The notes under the pieces were generated by a model. It was not told the origin of the DNA, searched no databases, and was given only the letters and a program-made list of their open reading frames with translations. From assembly GCA_963676295.2 (NCBI GenBank), contig CAXXJR010000006.1: 64,000 nt of DNA. One strand, written 5' to 3'. Source of the DNA: Maridesulfovibrio sp. (lineage in GTDB: Bacteria > Desulfobacterota > Desulfovibrionia > Desulfovibrionales > Desulfovibrionaceae). The position numbers and the translations under genes are program-made. Every line of letters begins with the position of its first letter. Within the stretch, counting starts at the first letter, position 1. Positions 29,217 to 39,806 of this stretch are shown in pieces.

Positions 29217-31523
29217 TTAGCCTGCTGCTTTTATTTCTGCTAAAACAGTACGGAAAAGCTTCGGTATATCAAGAATTAAAGCAAGGGTTCCGTCTCCTTT
29301 AATCGTAGCGCCTGAAATGCCTTCTACATCTCTATAGACCCTGCCAAGACTTTTAATAACAGTTTGATGTTCTCCTATTACAGTATCAACAACCACTCCT
29401 ATTCTCTCACCTTCAAGGCCTGTTATTACAATTTGCTCTATTGCAGGAGATTCTCCACCCACATCAAACCATTCTCTAATACGAATATAAGGAACAATTT
29501 CACCGCGCAAATTGACAAACTGCTGGCCATTTGCCTCTTCTACATCTTTACTAGTCAGTTCAACGCATTCTTCAACAAGAGAAAGAGGAATTACAAAATA
29601 TCCATTATCAACTTTAACCTGTAATCCATCAATAATTGCAAGAGTCAAAGGAAGTCTGATTGTAATTAACGAGCCTTTTCCTTCCTTACTATCTATATCA
29701 ATGCGTCCTCTTAATGAATCGATTGCTCGTTTTACAACATCCATTCCGACACCGCGTCCGGAAACACTGGTAATTTGATCAGCAGTTGAAAAACCGGGCT
29801 CAAAAATAAGATTGAAAATTTCTTTTGCAGACAGCTCTGCGTCGGATGTGATTAGGCCCTTTTCTACCGCTTTTGCTTTAATAACATCTTTTGACATCCC
29901 CTTACCATCATCTTTAATCAAAATTACAACTTCTCCGCCGGAATGCTCTGCGGTTAAAGTTATACTTCCTCGCCTTGGTTTTCCGCTAGCTTCGCGAACT
30001 TCAGGAAGTTCTATTCCATGATCGATGGAATTTCGTAATAAATGAATAAGAGGATCGCTCAATCTTTCAATAACTGTTTTATCCAGCTCTGTTTCTGCGC
30101 CGATTGTATGCAAATCCATTTCCTTACCGAGTTCATCGGAAAGATCGCGTACCAATCGTCTGAATTTACTGAATGTCGTTCCGATTGGAAGCATTCTGAT
30201 TCCAAGAGTGCTATCTCTAAGCTCATCAGATAGACGTTCCAATTCTTCCGAAAGAGATGTGAGAACAGGATCATTTTTCTTACTGACAACCTGACATATC
30301 TGAGCTTGGACAATGACTAATTCACCAACCAGATCAACCAGCAAATCAAGTTTATCTGCGGAAACTCTGATTGAAGAAGCAACCTCCGGTTTACGGACGG
30401 CAGTATTGCTTTTTCTGCTGGCGCGCTGTTCAGCTAAAGCACTGTCAACTTTGTCACGTGCAACAATGCCCTTGGAGGCCAATAATTCGCCAATAGGTTT
30501 TTGATCAGCAAGGGTTTCATCCAGCTCTTCCTGAGTAACATCTCCCCTATCAACCAGAATCTCACCCAGCTTTTTAACAGCTCCGACTTTCTTCGATGGC
30601 GGTTTACTGGAAAATTTATCAGCTTCAGCTTCAGCTTCAACTTCAGCTTTAATTTCAGCCTCACCAGAAACTACATTAGAGTTATCTACAGCATCATCTG
30701 CAGCAGTATCAATTTTAGAAAGATATTCATCCAGCTTATTCTGATCCAGCTCTATAACTTGTACAGTAATTGGAACATCAGTAAAAAAGAAAATTTCTTC
30801 AATGGAAGAACTGTCTTTATCACTAAAGAATATAAGTTCCCACCAGATACCGGAGTGATCAGGATTATCCTCAAAATCTGTAAAAACAAGTTCAGATTTT
30901 ATTTCTCCAATGCTGGCGAGCTCTTCAAAAAGCGGTTGCAGGGAATCCGTAGAAACATTATCCGCCGCAACAGAGCTGATGGTAATCTTGAAAAAATATT
31001 TCCAGAGAACGTCAGGAGTCTCGCTCTCCACTTTATCAGTAGTAATCTCTTCTTTTTCCGAAGATTCACTTTCACTTTTTTCAGGTTCAATATCTTCAGG
31101 AGCAGGTGAATCAGGTTCAACTTCATCTGATGCGGATTCAGATGATCCACCATTAACAATTTGCTTAAGACCTTCAAGAATATCTTCGGACTTACCAACT
31201 TCCCCCTCACCGGACGAAGACAGCAGCATTGCATAAATGTGATCACGGGAAGCCAAAACAAGAGTCAGCAGTTCTTTAGTAATTGAAAGATCACCGTTTC
31301 TAACAAGGTCAAAAACGTTTTCAACATGATGCGTAAATCCTGCAATTGCATCAAAACCGAACATGGACCCAGAGCCTTTAATTGTATGTAACGCTCTGAA
31401 TACCCGGTTTATTAAATCCATATCGTTAGGAAGGTCTTCAAGTTCCAGCAGAGAAGTTTCAAGCTCACTTAAAAGCTCGAAAGCCTCCTCCTTAAAAACC
31501 TGCGTAGTCATATCATCAGACAT
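29217..31523 (-). CDS. cheA: chemotaxis histidine kinase CheA with atypical insert
   Basis: It has Hpt (HTIKGSGSMFG), a dimerisation region (IRVSADKLDLLVDLVGEL), HATPase (DDGKGM, GRGVGMD) and a CheW-like P5 domain. GGGAGA lies 6 nt before the ATG at 31523. Confidence 0.9.
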   Translation of the reverse strand: MSDDMTTQVFKEEAFELLSELETSLLELEDLPNDMDLINRVFRALHTIKGSGSMFGFDAIAGFTHHVENVFDLVRNGDLSITKELLTLVLASRDHIYAMLLSSSGEGEVGKSEDILEGLKQIVNGGSSESASDEVEPDSPAPEDIEPEKSESESSEKEEITTDKVESETPDVLWKYFFKITISSVAADNVSTDSLQPLFEELASIGEIKSELVFTDFEDNPDHSGIWWELIFFSDKDSSSIEEIFFFTDVPITVQVIELDQNKLDEYLSKIDTAADDAVDNSNVVSGEAEIKAEVEAEAEADKFSSKPPSKKVGAVKKLGEILVDRGDVTQEELDETLADQKPIGELLASKGIVARDKVDSALAEQRASRKSNTAVRKPEVASSIRVSADKLDLLVDLVGELVIVQAQICQVVSKKNDPVLTSLSEELERLSDELRDSTLGIRMLPIGTTFSKFRRLVRDLSDELGKEMDLHTIGAETELDKTVIERLSDPLIHLLRNSIDHGIELPEVREASGKPRRGSITLTAEHSGGEVVILIKDDGKGMSKDVIKAKAVEKGLITSDAELSAKEIFNLIFEPGFSTADQITSVSGRGVGMDVVKRAIDSLRGRIDIDSKEGKGSLITIRLPLTLAIIDGLQVKVDNGYFVIPLSLVEECVELTSKDVEEANGQQFVNLRGEIVPYIRIREWFDVGGESPAIEQIVITGLEGERIGVVVDTVIGEHQTVIKSLGRVYRDVEGISGATIKGDGTLALILDIPKLFRTVLAEIKAAG
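30621..30656 (-). repeat. hexanucleotide tandem repeat inside cheA
   Basis: On the plus strand, (AGCTTC) occurs as 3 perfect units plus 3 degenerate units. It encodes EIKAEVEAEAEA. Confidence 0.8.
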
Positions 31524-31631
31524 AAAAAGTCTCCCAGTCATTATTCGTAATCAATTCTATCTACATTTTTAAACATTTAATTAAATTCTTTCAAGAAGTA
31601 TTACAATAAACGGCATTTAAATTGATCTATT

Positions 31632-31656
31632 AAAAAAGCCTCCTTGACGGGAGGCT
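31632..31656 (-). terminator. terminator after the DUF2062 gene
   Basis: On the minus strand, AGCCTCCC-gtcaa-GGAGGCT is followed by T6. Confidence 0.75.
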
Positions 31657-31700
31657 CTATAATAATACGAATCAATTTAACTGACACTAACTAATTACAT

Positions 31701-32201
31701 CTAATTCTTACGGGACAGCATCCGTAAGGCTTTACGTTTTCTATGTCTTCGAACAAAAAATAATGTGATAAAATATGATGCGATAGACAGGGGAATAGCC
31801 AGAACAAAGCCGCCGAACATTAAAATAGTAATCCCTTGCCAGCCTATTTCCATAAAATCTGAAACCTGCCATGTTCCCGGATCAAACGTAACATGTATCG
31901 GAAGCAGAAATGTACCTATTTTAAATTGAATATAATAAAATAAAATCCAGTTAAAAGGATTTGAAATCCATGTTGCGATAACTGCTGCCAATTTATTACT
32001 TCTAGTTATGAAAGCAGCGGCCACAGCTATAGCTGTCTGCAAAGGTAATCCCGGAAGAACAGGAAAACATCCTCCGAAAACACCGCTCGCGACCCCCATG
32101 GCAATTTGATAAGGGGAAGCATTAAGACGTAAAATTTTTAGGTAATAAAATCTGATAAGTCGTTTTAACTTAGCATACCTACTTTCTTCTTTTGACATCA
32201 A
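31701..32201 (-). CDS. DUF2062 membrane protein
   Basis: It is 166 aa with ASPYQIAMGVASGVFGGCFP, multiple TM segments and a basic C-tail. Confidence 0.7.
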   Translation of the reverse strand: MMSKEESRYAKLKRLIRFYYLKILRLNASPYQIAMGVASGVFGGCFPVLPGLPLQTAIAVAAAFITRSNKLAAVIATWISNPFNWILFYYIQFKIGTFLLPIHVTFDPGTWQVSDFMEIGWQGITILMFGGFVLAIPLSIASYFITLFFVRRHRKRKALRMLSRKN

Positions 32202-32319
32202 AATTCCTTTTTTAACTGCTGATTAATAACAAATCAAAATCAGAAAACAAATATATAGGAATATGGCTTATGAAAAGCTTGCATTAAAGGATTCACACAA
32301 AAGTCACGCAATGAAGAAT

Positions 32320-34371
32320 TTACTTCTCAAGAACGTCGAAGCTGTGAAACTTCATTACAAATCCTGCGCGACCTTGAGTTGAAGAACGTAACTCTGTGGA
32401 AAATCCGAACATTCTACTAAGTGGCGCAAGAGCCTGCACTACTTTCTGTCCATGCCGATCAAGCATATTCTCAATACGTGCGCCCTTAGCTCCAAGCAAA
32501 CCTATAACATCCCCGATAAAATCATCAGGAACTGAAATTTCGATATCCATAATCGGTTCCATAAGCTTTGGAGATGAAGCAGTTAAAGCTTTTTTAAGCG
32601 CCCGTCCAGCCGCAAAATGATAACCTTGCGTAGTGGAATCAGTGTCTTTCTTTCTAAGCTCTAATACACGAACCCTGATATCCTGAACAGGAAACCCTTT
32701 TATAACACCGACTTGTAAAGAATCTTCTATAGCTTCAGCAACAGTATCAAGCCATTCTGAAGGCCACGCGGAAGTATCAATTTCAAAACTGACATTACGC
32801 CCTTCTCCACGTTTAGAAGGTTCAACAGACAGCCTTACATATCCGTAATATTTCTCATCACCAACTTGTCTATCAAATTCTTCTTCCGCTTCTGCCAAAA
32901 TACTTGGAACTTCCTGATAAACAACTTGCGGCTTTCCAGCTCTGGGCGCAATCCCGTATTCACGGCGCATTCGTTCAAGCACAACTTCTAAATGAAGTTC
33001 TCCCATACCGGATAAAATTATCTGTCCGGTATCCTCATCTGTTTTAAGATTAAGAGTGGGATCTTCTTGCAGATATTTATCCAGCACATCTTCAAGCTTC
33101 TCGGATTCTTCAGCATTGCGCGGCTCAATAGCTAATGAAATAACAGGCTTATACAGTGCAATCTGTTCAAGAATAATAGTTTTTTCAGAAGTCGAAAGAG
33201 TGTCGCCCGTGCGAGAATTCTTAAGACCGTCCACCGCGACAATATCGCCTACACCTGCAACATCCAGCTTTTCCCTGCGTCCGGCATGCATTCTGAAGAG
33301 GCGATCTATTCTCTCAACTGTCCCTTGCGTTACGTTTTTAACCGTATCGCCAGCTGCTATTTTACCGGAATAAATTCTCATGAGCACTATTTTGCGCCCT
33401 GAATCCATAACAATTTTAAAAACCAAAGCTTGAAAATCAGCAGAGACAACCGGTTCTACAACCTTTTCTACCCCTGTAAGCGGATCGACTCCTTTAATTT
33501 GTGCAACTTCAAGCGGGCTTGGCAGATATTTACCTATAGCGTCCATTAAAGGCTGCACCCCGATATTCTTTAAAGCAGAGCCGGCAAAAACAGGTACAAG
33601 CGCAAGATCTAAGGTCGCTTTACGAATAACAGATTCAATATATTGTGGATCAATTTCATCGTTCAAATATCGCTCTAAAAATTCATCGTCAAACTCTGAA
33701 AGAGTATCGCACATTTTTTCGCGCCATGGAGACACCCGCTCCAATTCTTCTTCGCTGAGATCAACCGCCTCAAATTCTTCACCGTTTTGATCGTCGTCAT
33801 ATACAAGTTTTTTGAGACGTATAAGATCAAAAACTCCAGCAAACTCATCGCCCGCACCATCTGGAATCTGAACTGGAAGGATGTTTGCTTTAAGTCTATC
33901 TGTTATGGATTCAAGAACAGCTTCAAAATCAGCTCCGAGTCTATCCATTTTATTTATGAAAATAAGTTTAGGAACTTTATAACGTTCGCTCTGCCGCCAA
34001 ACTGTCTCTGATTGAGGTTCAACCCCGCCGACAGAACAAAAAACACCGATCGCACCATCAAGAACTCTAAGCGAACGCTGTACCTCAATAGTGAAATCAA
34101 CATGGCCCGGAGTATCAATGATATTGATTGTATTTTTGTTCCATAAACAAGTGGTTACAGCGGAAGTAATGGTAATTCCACGCTCCTGTTCCTCAGGCAT
34201 ATAATCCATAGTGGCGGTACCTTCATGAACTTCGCCAAGTCTGTGAATCTTGCCTGAAAAATAAAGTATTCGCTCGGTAACAGTTGTTTTACCGGCATCA
34301 ATATGTGCAATAATTCCAATATTTCGTATTTTACCAATACTTTTGGAAGAAAAATCAGATTTATCACTCAT
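32320..34371 (-). CDS. fusA: elongation factor G family GTPase (paralog outside the str operon)
   Basis: It has [21 protein letters not shown] and a full five-domain length of 683 aa. No rpsL, rpsG or tuf gene is adjacent. Confidence 0.88.
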   Translation of the reverse strand: MSDKSDFSSKSIGKIRNIGIIAHIDAGKTTVTERILYFSGKIHRLGEVHEGTATMDYMPEEQERGITITSAVTTCLWNKNTINIIDTPGHVDFTIEVQRSLRVLDGAIGVFCSVGGVEPQSETVWRQSERYKVPKLIFINKMDRLGADFEAVLESITDRLKANILPVQIPDGAGDEFAGVFDLIRLKKLVYDDDQNGEEFEAVDLSEEELERVSPWREKMCDTLSEFDDEFLERYLNDEIDPQYIESVIRKATLDLALVPVFAGSALKNIGVQPLMDAIGKYLPSPLEVAQIKGVDPLTGVEKVVEPVVSADFQALVFKIVMDSGRKIVLMRIYSGKIAAGDTVKNVTQGTVERIDRLFRMHAGRREKLDVAGVGDIVAVDGLKNSRTGDTLSTSEKTIILEQIALYKPVISLAIEPRNAEESEKLEDVLDKYLQEDPTLNLKTDEDTGQIILSGMGELHLEVVLERMRREYGIAPRAGKPQVVYQEVPSILAEAEEEFDRQVGDEKYYGYVRLSVEPSKRGEGRNVSFEIDTSAWPSEWLDTVAEAIEDSLQVGVIKGFPVQDIRVRVLELRKKDTDSTTQGYHFAAGRALKKALTASSPKLMEPIMDIEISVPDDFIGDVIGLLGAKGARIENMLDRHGQKVVQALAPLSRMFGFSTELRSSTQGRAGFVMKFHSFDVLEK

Positions 34372-34460
34372 AAAACTACCTTCCGTATATAATTCTTATT
34401 CAAAAACAAACTTCAACTATGCTGATCTGCATATTCTACAACGATTAAACAAATCTTTTA

Positions 34461-35273
34461 CTATGCACAAACAGTCAAAGCCATAGAATTTTTTCTAAAA
34501 AACTGATCGGAAATGGTATTCCATAACCAGCAGCCTTCCTGTTCATGCGAAAGGACTATTTTAAAATCAACCAGTGCTTCGCCGATAAGTTCAGCGGGTA
34601 CAATTGCCGCCTCACCGCCGGATTCTGCAAGATCTTCAATTGCGATTTCTTTGATTTCAACATCAGGATGAGCAAATTTAATAACGTCCATATCCGGATC
34701 ATCTTCGTCCATGCACACTGAAATCACAGATATTTTCGGAGCACGCCAGTAACGGACATTTTCACAATAGCTAAGATCAGAGGGAGTTGATCTTAAATCT
34801 AAAATTGCAGCAGAAACTTCTGATTCGTAAACAAAAGAAACTAATTCTGAAAATTTTTCCTCAGAAATGACCACGACTGATTCCTGTCCGGCTAACTCAA
34901 AACCAGTTAAAACAGATTCTGATATTTCGCCGTCCCCGACAAACGCAACCATGATATTCTTAACCCCGACGGCTAAAGCCGGTGTAAGTGCGGCTAAAAT
35001 TCTAACTGCGGAGCTTGATCCTTTATCAATAACCATAAGAACGCAATCAAGCGGAGAATTAGCAACCTCAGTTTCAAAGCCCCCTTTCCAAGTATTAACA
35101 GTCCATTTGCTTTGCGGAGAATCCGGAGAACTGATTGCGTATACCTGCGCAATAGTCTTCTTCATCCATGCCCTTTGAGGAGGCAAAACAGACTCATAAG
35201 CTTCAGCAAAAACTTCATCTGTTATTTGAAATTCTTCAAGCCAATCAGGGAATGCAAAGGAATCTGAAGTCAT
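34461..35273 (-). CDS. hypothetical acidic protein
   Basis: A 270-aa ORF just upstream of the EF-G paralog and co-directional with it. I recognised no motif. Confidence 0.5.
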   Translation of the reverse strand: MTSDSFAFPDWLEEFQITDEVFAEAYESVLPPQRAWMKKTIAQVYAISSPDSPQSKWTVNTWKGGFETEVANSPLDCVLMVIDKGSSSAVRILAALTPALAVGVKNIMVAFVGDGEISESVLTGFELAGQESVVVISEEKFSELVSFVYESEVSAAILDLRSTPSDLSYCENVRYWRAPKISVISVCMDEDDPDMDVIKFAHPDVEIKEIAIEDLAESGGEAAIVPAELIGEALVDFKIVLSHEQEGCWLWNTISDQFFRKNSMALTVCA

Positions 35274-35461
35274 TTTTTTACCTGCGTCTGTTAAGTTCTT
35301 TTAAAGATTATAAACTTTAAAACAAATGAAAAATTACTTAATAAATATAAACTGAAATATTCAGTTAAACAATTAGATAAAATTGCGAAAAAAATACCCG
35401 ACAGACAACGGTCAGCCGGGTAAATTTGCTTTTAATAATTACTACGTTTTTATAGATGAGA

Positions 35462-36193
35462 TTACAGCCAGTCCACAAGTTCCTTCCATGAACCTTGCAA
35501 CTTTTCTCTCTCTTCTTGAGAGAGAGTTTTCTGATATTCATAGTATGACATTTCAGCCTGTTTTATTGCATACTTACGAACTTCAGGAAGATCCTTAAAG
35601 TTGCGGACTACAAAAACATATCGCTTCCACGCAGATCCGTATTTTCCGGATCGCCAGAAAAAGTCGGCAATATAAAGTTCCTGATCCGCAAGAGCCCGTC
35701 GGCATTTGACAATATACCCTTTCGAGGACTTTGCGTATTCACTGTCAGGATAAGCTTCTTCAACACGGTAAAAATACTCAAGAGCCTCACTCACACTTTG
35801 TTGAGGCTTATCAATTGAGCTGAACATTGAAAAATTACTCAGCCCTATTTGAAACAAAACATATGGAATCTCTTCATTACCGGGATGAAGAGCTGCGAAT
35901 TCTTTATATGCTTCTGAAGCATCAAAGAATTTACCATCCAGAAAATATGAATCTCCAAGGCTGATTTCAGCTTTGACGGTATAAGGACTGAACGGATATC
36001 TATCTTTTAACTTCGCAAAAAAATCAGAAGCCTGACTATAATCTTTATCCTTCATTGATTCAACGCCGGCTTCATAAAGTTCCTGCGCGGTGTCTTCAGG
36101 TTTAGGAAGAAAATAGTAATCGATAACACCACATCCTGTGGTGCAAAACATCAAAATCATACAGACTATAAAACAAAATATTCTATTACGCAT
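35462..36193 (-). CDS. bamD: outer membrane assembly lipoprotein BamD/YfiO-like
   Basis: It has the lipobox FCTTGC and TPR-like repeats (AQELYEAG, DRYPFSPY, ALFQIG). The ATG at 36193 overlaps the trxB stop (ATGCGTAA). Confidence 0.8.
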   Translation of the reverse strand: MRNRIFCFIVCMILMFCTTGCGVIDYYFLPKPEDTAQELYEAGVESMKDKDYSQASDFFAKLKDRYPFSPYTVKAEISLGDSYFLDGKFFDASEAYKEFAALHPGNEEIPYVLFQIGLSNFSMFSSIDKPQQSVSEALEYFYRVEEAYPDSEYAKSSKGYIVKCRRALADQELYIADFFWRSGKYGSAWKRYVFVVRNFKDLPEVRKYAIKQAEMSYYEYQKTLSQEEREKLQGSWKELVDWL

Positions 36194-37109
36194 TTTTGTG
36201 TTCCAAATAAGCGAAAGCTGCTGTTGCTGCAGTTGCGCCGTCACCTACTGCGGTAACTACCTGCCGACAATTTTTGGATCGAAGATCTCCGGCAGCAAAA
36301 ATACCGGGAATATTGGTTTCCATTTCACAAGTTGTTTTAATGAAACCGAATTGATCCAATTGAAGCTCAGCAGGGAAAAAAGTACTTACAGGATTAAATC
36401 CTACAAAAATAAAAACGCCATCAACATCTAAGACAGAGTATTCATTGGTAACAGTATCCTTGATTTCGATACCTACCACTTCGTTATCTCCGACAATGCG
36501 GGATACTACGGAATTTAAGACCGGAAAGATTTTAGAATCAGCGTTACATTTATCCTGATAACACTTAAGCCCTCTAAACTCTGCTCGGCGATGTATGAGA
36601 TATAGTTTCTTTACGAGCCTTGCAAGGTAAAGTGACTCCTCAAGAGCAGAATTTCCACCACCGACAACAGCTACAACTTTGTTCTTGTAGAAATTACCGT
36701 CACATAGAGCACAATATGAAACGCCCCGCCCGAGAAGTTTTTCTTCGTTAGGAACTTTGAGTTTTTTAAAAACCACGCCGGTAGCAAGAATAATGGTTCT
36801 GGCCTTGTAATGAACACCACCTACAACAATTTCGTGATTTTTTTTCCCCGGAATAATCTGCTGAACTTCATCTAAAATTTTATCAAATGAATAGTTTTTA
36901 ATATGTTCAGCCATTTGATCGGCAAGTTCATAACCTTTTATTCCATTTGGAAAGCCGGGATAATTTTCAAGCTCTTCTGTAAGAAGCATCTGTCCACCCG
37001 GAGCTAACTTCTCCACGACAAGTATTTTTACACCTGCCCGGACAAGATAAAGGGCGGCCGCCATTCCGGCCGGTCCGCCCCCTATAACAATCGCGTCATA
37101 AGACTTCAT
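36186..37109 (-). CDS. trxB: thioredoxin-disulfide reductase
   Basis: It has GGGPAG, the redox pair CALCDG, GGGNSA and the FAAGD region. Confidence 0.93.
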   Translation of the reverse strand: MKSYDAIVIGGGPAGMAAALYLVRAGVKILVVEKLAPGGQMLLTEELENYPGFPNGIKGYELADQMAEHIKNYSFDKILDEVQQIIPGKKNHEIVVGGVHYKARTIILATGVVFKKLKVPNEEKLLGRGVSYCALCDGNFYKNKVVAVVGGGNSALEESLYLARLVKKLYLIHRRAEFRGLKCYQDKCNADSKIFPVLNSVVSRIVGDNEVVGIEIKDTVTNEYSVLDVDGVFIFVGFNPVSTFFPAELQLDQFGFIKTTCEMETNIPGIFAAGDLRSKNCRQVVTAVGDGATAATAAFAYLEHKNA

Positions 37110-37113
37110 TAAA

Positions 37114-37434
37114 TTACAGAGCCTTGCTAGTAATCATTTCCTTAATACTGCTTTTAGAAACAGCACCTGTAGTCTGATCAACAACTTCTCCGTCTTTAAA
37201 AAGAATGAGAGTAGGAATAGCACGAATGCCGTACTTACCGGGGGATGAAGGGTTGTCATCAACATTCATCTTACAAATTTTAATCTGGTCTGAAAATTCT
37301 TCAGCAAGTTCGTCAATTACAGGACCCATTGCACGACAAGGGCCACACCATGGGGCCCAGAAATCAACTAGAACCGGTTTATCATTATTTAGAACTTCTT
37401 CTTGAAAATTGGAATCTGTTACCTGTAAAGACAT
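37114..37434 (-). CDS. trxA: thioredoxin
   Basis: It has the WCGPC active site. AAGGAG lies 7 nt before the ATG at 37434. Confidence 0.95.
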   Translation of the reverse strand: MSLQVTDSNFQEEVLNNDKPVLVDFWAPWCGPCRAMGPVIDELAEEFSDQIKICKMNVDDNPSSPGKYGIRAIPTLILFKDGEVVDQTTGAVSKSSIKEMITSKAL

Positions 37435-37634
37435 GACGTGCTCCTTGTTGTAATATTTTAATAATAACACCACCTTAGAGGTGGATCAAATTTATTCTCC
37501 AAGCGGAGTATTAAGACCTCAGCTCAATTATGAAATTTAATTATCGTTAGTCAAAGTGTCAAGCTGTATTAAGATATAACATTTTCCGACACAACTAAGA
37601 TAACTACCATAGCAGAAATGGCAATAATTGCAGA

Positions 37635-38711
37635 CTACATTTGTTCAACACGAGTCCAATCCTCAGGAACGACCCGACCTCTTGGAATAGCCTCAAGATT
37701 AAGCCCATGTCTGAATCCTTCTTTAGCTAACAGATAACCTGAAAACGCAACCATTGCACCATTATCAGTACAAAACTTTGGTGACGGCAAAACTAAAGGA
37801 ATTGAAAACTTACGAGCAACTTCAGTCATGACAGTTCGAACGACCGAGTTTGCGGCAACTCCCCCTGCAACAATTAGGGATTTAACTCCCCTGTTCCTCT
37901 CCAATGCGCGTTCTGTCTTAACACTTAGAGTTTTTGCTACAGAGTAATTGAAAGATGCAAACATATCATTTCGTTGCCGTGTTATTTCTGGATCTTCTGT
38001 TTCTGTATCAGGAATCCCCATGGCAGAAAGCCGTAATTCAGGGTGATCCTGAACATACATAGCTACCGCTGTTTTCAGTCCGCTAAAGCTGAAGTCCAAA
38101 TTGTCATTGTTAATATAAGGAGTTGGGAACATTTTACGGTCTGCATTACCCGCGCGAGCCAGCTCATCAACAATTTTACCACCCGGATAAGGAATATTTA
38201 ATAACTTTGCAGTCTTATCAAAAGCCTCACCGGCGGCGTCATCAAGAGTTCTACCTAAAAGAATAAATTCTGAAGAACTTTTTATGAGATAAATGTGAGT
38301 ATGTCCGCCGGAAACAAGCAATCCGAGCGATGGAAATTGTAATTCCTGCTCAAGACCTGCTGCCATCAAATGCGCCCAAAGATGATTAACCCCTATCAAG
38401 GTCGCCCCGGTTGAAAGAGCTAGGCCTTTTGCAAAGTTAAGCCCCATCAATAAGCACCCCTGAAGACCGGGGCCGCGAGCAACAGATATCACATCAATAT
38501 CATCAGCAGTCAGAGACTGTTCCTGCATAAGTTCACGGAACAAGGCAGGCAGAGCTCTCAAATGTTCTCTGGACGCGATCTCAGGGACAACTCCACCGAA
38601 AAGAGCGTGTACGTCCACCTGCGATGCTAATTTTTCTGCAATAAATTTTCCATCTCGAACCAAAGCCAGTCCGGTTTCATCGCAGGAACTTTCAATTCCA
38701 AGACATAGCAT
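37635..38711 (-). CDS. tsaD: tRNA N6-adenosine threonylcarbamoyltransferase
   Basis: The translation has [18 protein letters not shown] and GGVAAN. Confidence 0.95.
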   Translation of the reverse strand: MLCLGIESSCDETGLALVRDGKFIAEKLASQVDVHALFGGVVPEIASREHLRALPALFRELMQEQSLTADDIDVISVARGPGLQGCLLMGLNFAKGLALSTGATLIGVNHLWAHLMAAGLEQELQFPSLGLLVSGGHTHIYLIKSSSEFILLGRTLDDAAGEAFDKTAKLLNIPYPGGKIVDELARAGNADRKMFPTPYINNDNLDFSFSGLKTAVAMYVQDHPELRLSAMGIPDTETEDPEITRQRNDMFASFNYSVAKTLSVKTERALERNRGVKSLIVAGGVAANSVVRTVMTEVARKFSIPLVLPSPKFCTDNGAMVAFSGYLLAKEGFRHGLNLEAIPRGRVVPEDWTRVEQM

Positions 38712-39727
38712 TAGCCGTTCTGCTCCTCATAAATATCGCGAATAACTGAGACTTCATGTTTTGATCCGATAAAAAGCGGAACCCTTTGATGAAGTTCATG
38801 AGGAACGATATCAAGAATGCGTTGCGTGCCGTTTGTAGCCATACCTCCGGCCTGCTCAATCAGCATTGCCATAGGAGCAGCTTCACACATCAGCCTTAGT
38901 TTACCTACCGGCTTATGCGGATCCCTATGGTCAGCCGGATACATAAATACGCCGCCATAAATGAGATTACGATGAAAATCGGCCACTAAAGAGCCAATGT
39001 AACGCAGACTGTATGGATGTCCGTTAATATTATTAGTAGATTTGAAATGATTGACGACCTTCTTAGTCGCGTCATCCCAATACGGCCAGTAACCTTCATT
39101 CACAGAATAAATTTTTCCTCTTTCAGGAATTTTCATATTCGGATGTGAAAGTAAAAATTCACCGACACCCGGGTCAAGGGTAAAACCATGAACTCCGTCT
39201 CCGGTAGTAAAAACAAGCATTGTTGATGAACCGTACAGCACATAACCGGCCGCGACCTGCTCTGCACAACACTGAAGTACATCAGATGATTGAACAGGAG
39301 TCCCAACCTTACTTTTGCGACGGTAAATTGAAAAAATAGTTCCTATATTAACATTAACATCAATGTTTGAAGACCCATCAAGAGGATCAAAAATTATTAT
39401 ATAGCTTCCCTGAGGCAGGCCGTGCGGAATATCAATGACATCTGCATTTTCTTCTGATGCCATTGCGCACAGAACTCCGGACCGTGCCATGCGATGAATT
39501 AAAATCCTATTGGCAAACTCATCGAGTTTTTTAACTTCTTCACCTTGAACATTTATTTCTCCGGTAAATCCCAAAACATCAACAAGACCGGCTTTACTGA
39601 CATCTCGTGATATAATTTTGGCCGAAAGAACTAGCTCATTAAAAAGATGCGTAAACTGTCCTGTCGCACCCGGAATCTGCTTTTGATGCAGTAAAAGGTG
39701 TTCAGTGACTGTTATCTGCTGGGTCAT
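38711..39727 (-). CDS. fbp: class 1 fructose-1,6-bisphosphatase
   Basis: The translation has [17 protein letters not shown] and [11 protein letters not shown]. Its TAA stop overlaps the tsaD ATG (TAATG). Confidence 0.95.
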   Translation of the reverse strand: MTQQITVTEHLLLHQKQIPGATGQFTHLFNELVLSAKIISRDVSKAGLVDVLGFTGEINVQGEEVKKLDEFANRILIHRMARSGVLCAMASEENADVIDIPHGLPQGSYIIIFDPLDGSSNIDVNVNIGTIFSIYRRKSKVGTPVQSSDVLQCCAEQVAAGYVLYGSSTMLVFTTGDGVHGFTLDPGVGEFLLSHPNMKIPERGKIYSVNEGYWPYWDDATKKVVNHFKSTNNINGHPYSLRYIGSLVADFHRNLIYGGVFMYPADHRDPHKPVGKLRLMCEAAPMAMLIEQAGGMATNGTQRILDIVPHELHQRVPLFIGSKHEVSVIRDIYEEQNG

Positions 39728-39806
39728 TTATCCTCCTTAAGGAATGTCCCTGATGCACGTTTGTTCAGTGGTTCAATTAAAGTAAAACGTATATTACTGA
39801 ACAATT

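Noticed and set aside
30501-31109. 202-aa plus-strand ORF antisense to cheA
   Set aside because: The translation is low complexity (FSFSFNFSFNFS). It mirrors the acidic repeat region of cheA and is a shadow ORF.
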